Source of the DNA: Salpingoeca rosetta
Lineage: Eukaryota; Protista; Choanoflagellata
Reading direction: 5' to 3'
Assembly: GCA_033442325.1 (NCBI GenBank)
Contig: JAWQFM010000008.1
Span: 803,194-867,193, forward strand
Length of the DNA stretch: 64,000 nt
The notes under the pieces were generated by a model. The model saw nothing but the letters and a program-made list of their open reading frames with translations. It had not been told where the DNA came from and did no database searches. Both the position numbers and the translations under genes were made by a program. This document shows positions 42,700-64,000 of this stretch, in pieces (position 1 is the first letter of the stretch; each line of letters starts with the position of its first letter).

Positions 42700-43645
42700 T
42701 CACTTCTTTGCTGCTGCGGGAGGAGCAAAGTTGAAGCTGAACGTCGCAATGCCAGCAGCAATCGCGCTCACACCATCATCTTGTTGTGAGTCACCATCCT
42801 CCTCACCCATGTCCTGTGTTGCCTTGTCCTTCCCATCACCATCTGCAGTTTCAGGTTTGGCGGGCACGTCCTGCCTGCCATCCTGGCCGCTGCCACCGAA
42901 GTTGAAGCTGAACGTCGACACAGAGCCCCGTCCAGGTTTGTTGACATGTGTAGAAGCGCTGCTGCTGGTGGTGGTGGTGGTGGTGGTGGCAGCAACGGCA
43001 TTACTACTGCTGCCGCTGCTGCTGTTGTTGTTGTTGCTGCTGTTGCTGTTCGCCTGCTTCGGCTTGTTCTTCTGTTTTGTGTTGTTGTTGTTGTTCTTCT
43101 TCTTCCTACCACTACCTTGCCTGCCGCTTTGCTTCCTCCCTGTCGCCGCGTCCTTGCTGCTGGTGCTGCCCTGGTTCGCATCTGCCCCGTTCTCGCGTGC
43201 CTTCGCCTCAAGTTGCTTCAGGGACGCAAATGTCGAAAACCCAAACGTGCGGCGAGCAAGCGGTGGTGGCGCTACACCCGTTGTCGTCCGTGCTGTGTAT
43301 GACAACGGTGAAGATGATGACGCCGATGATGCCATTGTATGGGATGGTGTCGGTTTGCGGCTCGCGCGCCGGAGAAAGAACCCTTGAATCTCATCCGCTT
43401 CCAATGGGCCATCGACCTCTTCATGCCGTTCACGAACATCGGCTGGTACACCGGGCTGCTGCCGCTGCTGCTGCTGCTGATGATGATGATGATGTTGTTG
43501 TAGCTCTTGTTGTCGCTCTTGTTGTTGCTTGTGTTTCGCCTGGTGCGCTTCCCGCTTCGTCTTCTTCTGTCGGCGACGGGATTTCTTCTTGTTGTTCTTG
43601 TGTCTCTCTGCGCGTGACCGCTGCTGCTGCTGCTGCTGCCGTTGT

Positions 43646-43677
<32 letters not shown>

Positions 43678-44526
43678 CTGTTGTCGTTGTTGTTGCACTG
43701 GTGGGGTGGGCTGTGGCTGCTTGTCAGCTTCACCAGTAGCCGTGCCAGCACCCCTGCCTTCCGGCTGACTGCCTGTGACACGCTGCTTCATCGTCGGTGT
43801 GTCTGCCGCATGAGCTGTCTTTGCACGCCCACTCGTCTCCGCTGCGCCTTTCTCTTCCATGCGCGAGCCAACATGAGGTGATGTGATCCGTGGTTCTGAT
43901 GGCGCGTTCGCGCTGCTTGCTCTCGCACGACAACTTCCGTCAGCACGTGGTGGTGATGCTGCCATCATCTTCTCTTGTTGCTGCTGCTGCTTCTGCTGCT
44001 GCTTGCTCTGCTTGTCCCGGCTTCCGTGCCCTTGCTTCTCCTTTGTGGCTGGAGGCGGTATTGTGGATGCTGGTGACGGCGCAAAGTTGAAGGCAAATCC
44101 AGCTGTTGGCGCGGGTGCAGCAGTCGCACGCGTCGTTGTCGCTGTCGTTGTCGTCGTCGTCGTTGTTGTTGACGTGGCACCAGGGGTTGTTGTTGCATGC
44201 GCATTGGTGGCATCCACGCTGTCCCCCTTGTCGCTCTCACCGCCACTTGCAACACCAACGACGTAATTGCTGTCATCAGTGCCCTCTGCACGTGTGCAGT
44301 GGGTCTGGCTTGAAGTAGCCTCTGCGGTCTGCTCGTGCGCGCCTGCTGGCTGCTGCCCTTGCTGTTGCTGTTGTTGTTGTTGGCGCAGTCGAGCCTCCCG
44401 CTTGGCGCGACAAAGCCTGTCATTAGCATTGAAACGGGGAAGCACATGGCGGTGGCACAGCACACTCGAGTGAGTCTGATGCATTCATTGCAGACAGAGC
44501 CACGTAATCTGACGTGGGTAAAAATA

Positions 44527-44591
<65 letters not shown>

Positions 44592-45747
44592 TTGTGTGTG
44601 TGCGTGTGTGTGGGGGGGGGTGGTGGGTGTCTGTGGGTGTGGGATGTGTGTATGTGTGTGGGTGGGCGTGGTTGTGTGAAGCAACTTCTGGCCTCACCTG
44701 AAGAAGCCTTCGTTGGATGTGCCGGCACGTGTTGTGACCTTCTTGATTTGCACATCACGTGCTGTGGGCCAGGCAAGCAGGTGTGGATATCAAGGTGGCA
44801 GATGAGCTACAGGTGAGAATGGACAGGTGGGTGGAGCTTATGTGCAGCGTTGTAATAGCGAACGCGACGACGCACGAGGGCGCTGGCTCGCGTACATGCG
44901 CACCCGTTTGCGTGTGCACTCGCGCAAACACAAGGCACAGCTGCAGCACTCGGGGCGCACTGACCTGCAGCATGCTTTGGTTGTTCGTTGCTCTTCATCA
45001 GGGCGCGGTAGTCCCCAAACGCCTTGCTCATGGCTGCCCGCTTCTGGATCTATCAGCAGGTGTATTTGTGCGTGTGTTTGTGCGTGCGTGCGTGTGTGCA
45101 TGCGCGTGTTTTGGGACGTGGTGAGCAGTTGCCATGCTGGTTGGTTGGTTGGTTGGTTGGTTGGTTGGTTGGTTGGTTGGTTGGTTGGTTGGTTGGTTGG
45201 TGTGCCGGTCGTAATGAAAGCCACAATTAGCAGGGCACTCACAATGTTCTGCTTTGGTGACTTGAGCGTCCGCAACACTTTGGCCGCGTCCATCCCTTTG
45301 CACAATGAGTGAGCGAGTGTGTGTGTGTGTGCGTGAGAGAGAGCGAGAGAGAAAAACAATGAGTGTATGCGCACATGACCTGTGTGCGCAGATGAGCCGT
45401 TTGCTGCCTCTTTGCATGACTTACTGCCTTTGGGCCGAAATCCGCATTGCAGCTGTCGAATGCACCAGTCCAGTTCCTCTTCAAACGCACCTCCCTGATG
45501 GATACAAGAAATAATCTCGTTTGTGAGAAGAGAACCACTCATGACGCCACCACTGGGGTGTCTGAGCCAGCACGACAGAGCAGACTTCACACCCTCACTC
45601 TTCCACCAAGCACATGTCAGCTCCACTTACACCGCCTCTCTCATCAAAACTGACTTGTGTCGCAGGGCTGGACGAGCTGCCGCTTCCCTTTCCGCTCTTG
45701 GACGGTGGTGGTCGACGCCGACGCTTGTTGCGAGGCGGTGGCGGCAT
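42700..45747 (-). CDS. DUF4615 / UPF0488 (C8orf33-like) protein with a long low-complexity extension
   Basis: Spliced exons give [12 protein letters not shown].., [29 protein letters not shown]|[18 protein letters not shown] and GFFR|LCR. C-terminal FxFNF motifs are typical of the family. Confidence 0.8.
45139..45201. repeat. (GGTT)n microsatellite (intronic)
   Basis: Direct inspection. Confidence 0.9.
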
Positions 45748-46352
45748 GGTGCTGTGTGTTGTGGTGGTGGTTGTGTGTGTGTGTGATGTGGTGTGTGCTT
45801 CCGTGACACTGTGTTCCTTGCTTCCTTGCTGTTCCTGTTCTCGTTGTTGTTGTTGTGCTTCCCACGTGTAGTGGTGGCACGACTTGTTGCACAATAAATT
45901 AGACCCAATCCTTTGCGTCCTGCAATTTGCAAATGAATGTTTTGCCCTGTGGAAGTGCACCAAATGCCTGCAGGCACACAACACAGCAAAACTCACCAGC
46001 AAACTCGCTTTCCAACCGCCTGACAGACCAGCAGTCCTTGTGTTTTTCTCGTCGTTGCCTTCTTGCGACCGTTGGCTTGCTTGGTGTGTGTCGTCCTTAC
46101 GTGTTGCGCCACCCACAACCACCCACGCATCTCACATCAACAACCACACCAAAAGCGAGCTCCTTCATCATCAAAGCCCCCATAACAACACCAATAACCA
46201 ACCAACGCACCGCTTTGTTGTGTGTGCGTGTGCGTGTGTGTCTGAGCGGTGGCTGCTGCTGCTGCTGCTTCCATCCATCCAAACAAACAAACGAACACGC
46301 AAACAAACACCCCACAAACGCCACTTCTCCGCTGGCTCTGACAACCAGCATC

Positions 46353-59071
<12,719 letters not shown>

Positions 59072-59680
59072 GTGAGTGAATGAGCGATGCTCTGTGTGTG
59101 TGTGTGTGTGTGAGATTGAGGGAGATTGTGTATATGTGTGCGTGCGTGTGCGTGAGTATGCGCGTGTGCGTGTGCGTGTGTGTGCGGAAGTGAGGGAGTG
59201 TACACACAGACTCACTCACACACATACACACACAAGCACACTCACTCACACACACACACACACAACACACAAACCGACTCACTCACTCACTCACTCACAC
59301 ACAAACACACATACATACACACAAACCCACTCACTCACTCACTCACTCACTCACTCACTCACTCACTCACTCACACACACACACACACACACTCGCTCAC
59401 TCACACACACACACATACACACACGCGTACCTTTGTAGTACCCGACGTTGCCTCGCTTGGAGCTCATCACTCCACGCTTAGCACCACGCAGTGCCGTGCG
59501 CACAACACCAAACATCTTCCTCGTTCGCTCGTGGTCTTTGTCAACGAATTGTGCGCGTGTTTTTGAGAGAAGGAGAAAGAAGAGACAATCACACACACAC
59601 ACGCACGATTCTGTGTAACAACAAGCGCCACTCCAACCACACCAACCAACCAACCCACCCCACGAGCGACGAACGTCAAG

Positions 59681-60482
59681 ATGGAGAGCATGGGCGTGCC
59701 GCAGCTGCAGCTGTTCAACTCGTACACCCGCCAGAAGGTAACGGAGTGAGTGGTGCGTGTGGAGGAAAGGGAGAGGAGCGCAAGTGAACGTGCGAGTCGT
59801 GAGATGTGTGGAGGTGTGTGCAGTGGAGCAGTGCTGATCCAACCACCACTGGTTCAACCATCACGCACTGACTGGCTTGGCCCACACAGGAGGTGTTTGT
59901 GCCGCGGGAGAGGAACCGTGTCACGTGGTATGGCTGCGGTCCCACGGTTTACGACGCCTCGCACATGGGGCACGCACGGTGTGTCTCTGTATGTGTGTGT
60001 ATGTGTGTGCATGTGTATGTGTGTGCATGTTTGTGTGTGTGCATGTGTGTGTGCTTGTTGATGTGTGACAACTCTCTTTGTACACGCGTGCACGCTCTGC
60101 ACACGCACACTACGCGCACGCTTGCTGTGCACATGCACACTCTGCATACGCTTGCTCTGCACACGCACACGCTGCTCTGCTGTACCTCCTGAACCGTCGT
60201 TCATTCTGATTCTCGGCCCCCCTTCCACAAACATACCTTTGCCGTGCTCGCTGTACACAAATGACTCGCCGTCCTGCGTCACCACAGTGCGTACATCACG
60301 TTCGACATCATGCGCCGCGTCCTCCGCGACTACTTCAAGTACGACTGCGAGTATGTGATGAACATCACCGATCTCGATGACAAGGTATGAGCGAGGAGCA
60401 ATGAAGAAACAGAGCATGCACGCGAACCATGCATCCAAACCTACACGTATCTCTTCTTGCTCTGTCCTCGCTCCACCCCCGA

Positions 60483-60578
<96 letters not shown>

Positions 60579-61570
60579 ACACTCACTCACTCACACACAC
60601 TCACTCACTCACACACACTCACACTCACACTCACACGCACACTCACACATTTCGCTCGCCTCGTTTTTTGCCTTGCAGATCATCCTGCGTGCTCGCCAGA
60701 ACCACCTGTTTGAGCAGTACATTGCTCAGGAGACGCTCGACCGCGACACCGTGCTCCAGGACATCAAGGAAGCCCTTGGTGAGCGCATGTCTGCACATAC
60801 ATGCCTATTCTCTCGGCCTGGTTTTGCCCTCGCATCTGCTTCCCTGTGTCCCTGCCTCCCTGCCAATGTGCACGTCTGTTTGCCGCGCGTGCTTCCATCT
60901 GCTCACCACCGCTCACCCCTCCCTCTCTCCTCTCACACCCTTTCGGCCACGTGCTCCCGCCCCAACCAGAGCGCCTCGACGTGAAGATTGCCGACCCCGA
61001 GGAGGAGCCCGAGAAGAAGAAGATGTATGGCAAGGCCAAGGACGCCGTGCAGGCCGCCACTGTCGCGCTGCCAGAGTCGCCAGCACGCGAGGACCTTGTC
61101 GCCCTGTGCACTGCCGCAAAGGACCCGCTCTCCGCCATCCTCGACAAGCGCAAGGGCTCAAGTAATGCTCAATGGCCAAGGGGGAATGGAGTGTGTGTGT
61201 GTTTGTGTGTATTTGTGTGTTTTATTTGTGTGCGTGTGTGTCTCAACCAACTAAGCGTATACACTGCAGCTTGTTCGCCATCCACTCACCACTTCACCAC
61301 TTCACCACGTCACCACCTTACGTTGCCGCTTTCCTTTCGACTGTCAGCCGTGTCGGACCACTCCATCTTCTCCTCCGTGTCCCGCAAGTGGGAGGCCGAG
61401 TTCCACCGCGACATGAACGCCCTCAACGTACGTCATGGAATCGGTTGCGCTGCTCGCCTTTTGTCATGCTGGAAGCGATGATGAAATGGTGAAACACGCA
61501 CACACAAACACGTACACATGTGCACCCTCACACAAGCGCACACCCTGACATACACTCACACGACTGCACG

Positions 61571-61629
<59 letters not shown>

Positions 61630-64000
61630 ACGCGACGCAAAACGCCATGTTGCGTGCGTGGTGGCAGGTTGAGGCACCAGACGTGCTCAAGCGGGTGACG
61701 GAGTGCGTGCCTGAGATTGCCGCGTTTGTGCAGCGCATCATCGACAACGGATACGGCTACGAGGCAAACGGCAGCGTGTACTTTGATGTCGCCGCCTTCC
61801 GCGGCAGCAGCGAGCACAACTACCCGAAACTGCTCCCTGAGGCCGCTGCCAACGCCAAGGCGCTTGAGGAAGGGGAGGGCGCACTGTCGTCTGGCGCTGG
61901 CGATAAGCGCAGCCAGAGCGACTTTGCCCTGTGGAAGGCGAGCAAGCCTGGCGAGCCCGCTTGGCCCTCACCGTGGGGACAGGTGCGCGATTGCTGCACA
62001 TGCTGTCCTGTGCTTTGTTGTTTGTATTTCTGCGTGTCTGTGTCTGCGCGCGGGGCGTGTGTCTGTCTGTCTGTCTGTCTGTCTGTGTGTATGTGTGTGT
62101 GTGTCTGTCTGTCTGTCTGCCTGCCTGCCTGCCTGTGTGAGTGTGTGTGTAGGACATTGCTTCTCCTTTCCAGTGTGTGCATATACACGTGCGCACGTGT
62201 GCATGCACACAGCGTGTTGTCGTCTTGATCTCATCGTTCTGCTCGTTCAACCGCTTGTGCGTGTGCGTGTGTACATGTCCGTGTCACGGCCACAGGGGCG
62301 GCCTGGGTGGCACATCGAGTGCTCTGTGATGGCGAGTAGCGTCCTCAACGACAACATGGACATTCACTCCGGTGGCGTGGACCTCAAGTTCCCGCACCAC
62401 GACAACGAATGCGCGCAGTCGGAGGTGCGCCGGCTTATGGTGGTGGTGGTGGTGGTGGTGGTGGCGGCGTGTTTGTTGCGGTAGGATGCAGCTGCGAGAT
62501 GCGTGCGGATAAGACATCATCACATCCCACATGTACGAGCACACAGACACGCACACGCGCATGTACACCCACGTGCCACGTGCCCCCTCACATGTGCCCT
62601 CCTCCCTCGTTGCTTGCAGGCATACTACGGCAACGACAAGTGGGTCAACTACTTTATCCACTCGGGCCATCTCCACATTGAGGGCCACAAGATGTCAAAG
62701 AGCCTCAAGAACTTTATCACCATCAAGGTGTGTGTGGTGGGGGGGGGTTCTCTCCATTCGACACGTTGCATGTTCTCGCACGTCTCCACCGTTTTCCCGC
62801 ACTGCTCCTACCTTCCTCTTCCACCCCTCAACATCCGCCATTGTACGTTTGTGCGTGTGTGTGTTTGTGCGTGTGTGCGTGTGTTTGTGTACACAGGAGG
62901 CGCTGGACCAGTACACCGCGCGCCAGATCCGTCTCATGTTCCTCCTCCACAACTGGAAGGCCACCCTCGACTACAGGTGCGCCAACAAGCACAACTTGCA
63001 CACGCTCACGTGACCAATCGTGCGGCCATTCCTCCTTCGCTATTAATGCGTTTGCGTCCTTTGCGTCATCACCACCTTCTTCTTATGCGTGCGTGTGTGT
63101 GTGTGTGTGTGTGTGTGCAGTTCCCACTCCATGATGACGGCCATCTCCTACGAGAAAATGTTCAATGAGTTCTTCCTGAACGTTTCCGTGAGTTGCGACT
63201 GCGTTGTTTGCACTGGGTTTTGTGTGGCTGCCGGTGGATTTGTGGCTCTAGTTGCTCTCGCGTGAAGCACTGACGATTTTCCATGCACGCACACACACTC
63301 ATACACACACTCATACACACATACACATGCACACAATATGGCACACCAAACACGTATGTGTGTGTGCAGTCTGCGCTGTACGGAGCTGATCCGTTTTCGT
63401 TCTTCAAGCCGGACGCGGAGGACCGAGCAATCTTGCAGCAGTTCAAGGCGACCAAACAGCACATCCACAACGCCCTCTGCGACAGCATCGACACGGTAGG
63501 TGTGTGTGTGTTGTGTTGTGTCTTGTTTTGTGTAGCTTGACAAGCAAGCTCGCACTCGGCAAGCTCGCACTCATACTCCTTGTCAGTGGGCGGTGTCATC
63601 ATTGTTTGTACAACATGGCATTTGTCTAACATTCTCCTAGCTTCATTAACCGCCAAACACACGCATACACATGCACAAACACACACACACACACGCATAC
63701 ACACGCACACACACACACACAGCCACTGGTGATGCAGCTGTCAAAGCAGCTGATTACTGCGGTGAACGTGTACATCAAGGAGAAGGAGGCTGCTGGGAGC
63801 GCGCCCCAGGCTGCACTTCTGCGTCAGATTGGGCGCTACTTCACGGAGCTGCTTGCGCTGTTTGGTGTTGTGGAGACGCCCGAGGAGATTGGCTTCCACG
63901 CTGCTGGTGCGCAGGGCAGTATGGAGGACGCCGTCCTGCCGCAGCTGCTCGCCTTTGCACACACGCGCGAGGCTGTGCGCCAGACTGCCCTCACAAAGAA
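59681..64000 (+). CDS. CARS: Cysteinyl-tRNA synthetase, cytoplasmic (3' truncated by window end)
   Basis: LFNSYTRQK|[23 protein letters not shown] (HIGH-like), NITDLDDK|[62 protein letters not shown]. Confidence 0.97.

Overview
This is eukaryotic, intron-dense, GC-rich draft-assembly sequence with (CA/TG)n microsatellites in most introns and one 100-N gap. Gene content and intron style suggest a choanoflagellate resembling Salpingoeca rosetta (inference). Most ORFs in the supplied track (HTHT/VCVC runs) are microsatellite artefacts, so I rebuilt the genes by hand-splicing GT-AG exons. In order: a Myt1/Wee1-like kinase (-); a WOPR (Gti1/Pac2/Wor1-family) transcription factor (+); a CCP1/AGTPBP1-like tubulin deglutamylase (-); a cadherin with about 13 repeats plus EGF and TM domains (-); POP1 (+); MED21 (-); two tandem CDK1/2-type kinases (PASALRE and PSTAIRE, +); a DUF4615/C8orf33-like protein (-); a giant secreted TNFR-like Cys-rich repeat protein (+); and cysteinyl-tRNA synthetase (+, runs off the window end). 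The most notable feature is the WOPR factor, a family known as fungal cell-state switch regulators, lying head-to-head with a Myt1-like CDK-inhibitory kinase in a region that also holds two CDK1 paralogs with E2F/CHR-like upstream motifs. Several duplications and missing exons look like assembly errors at microsatellites.
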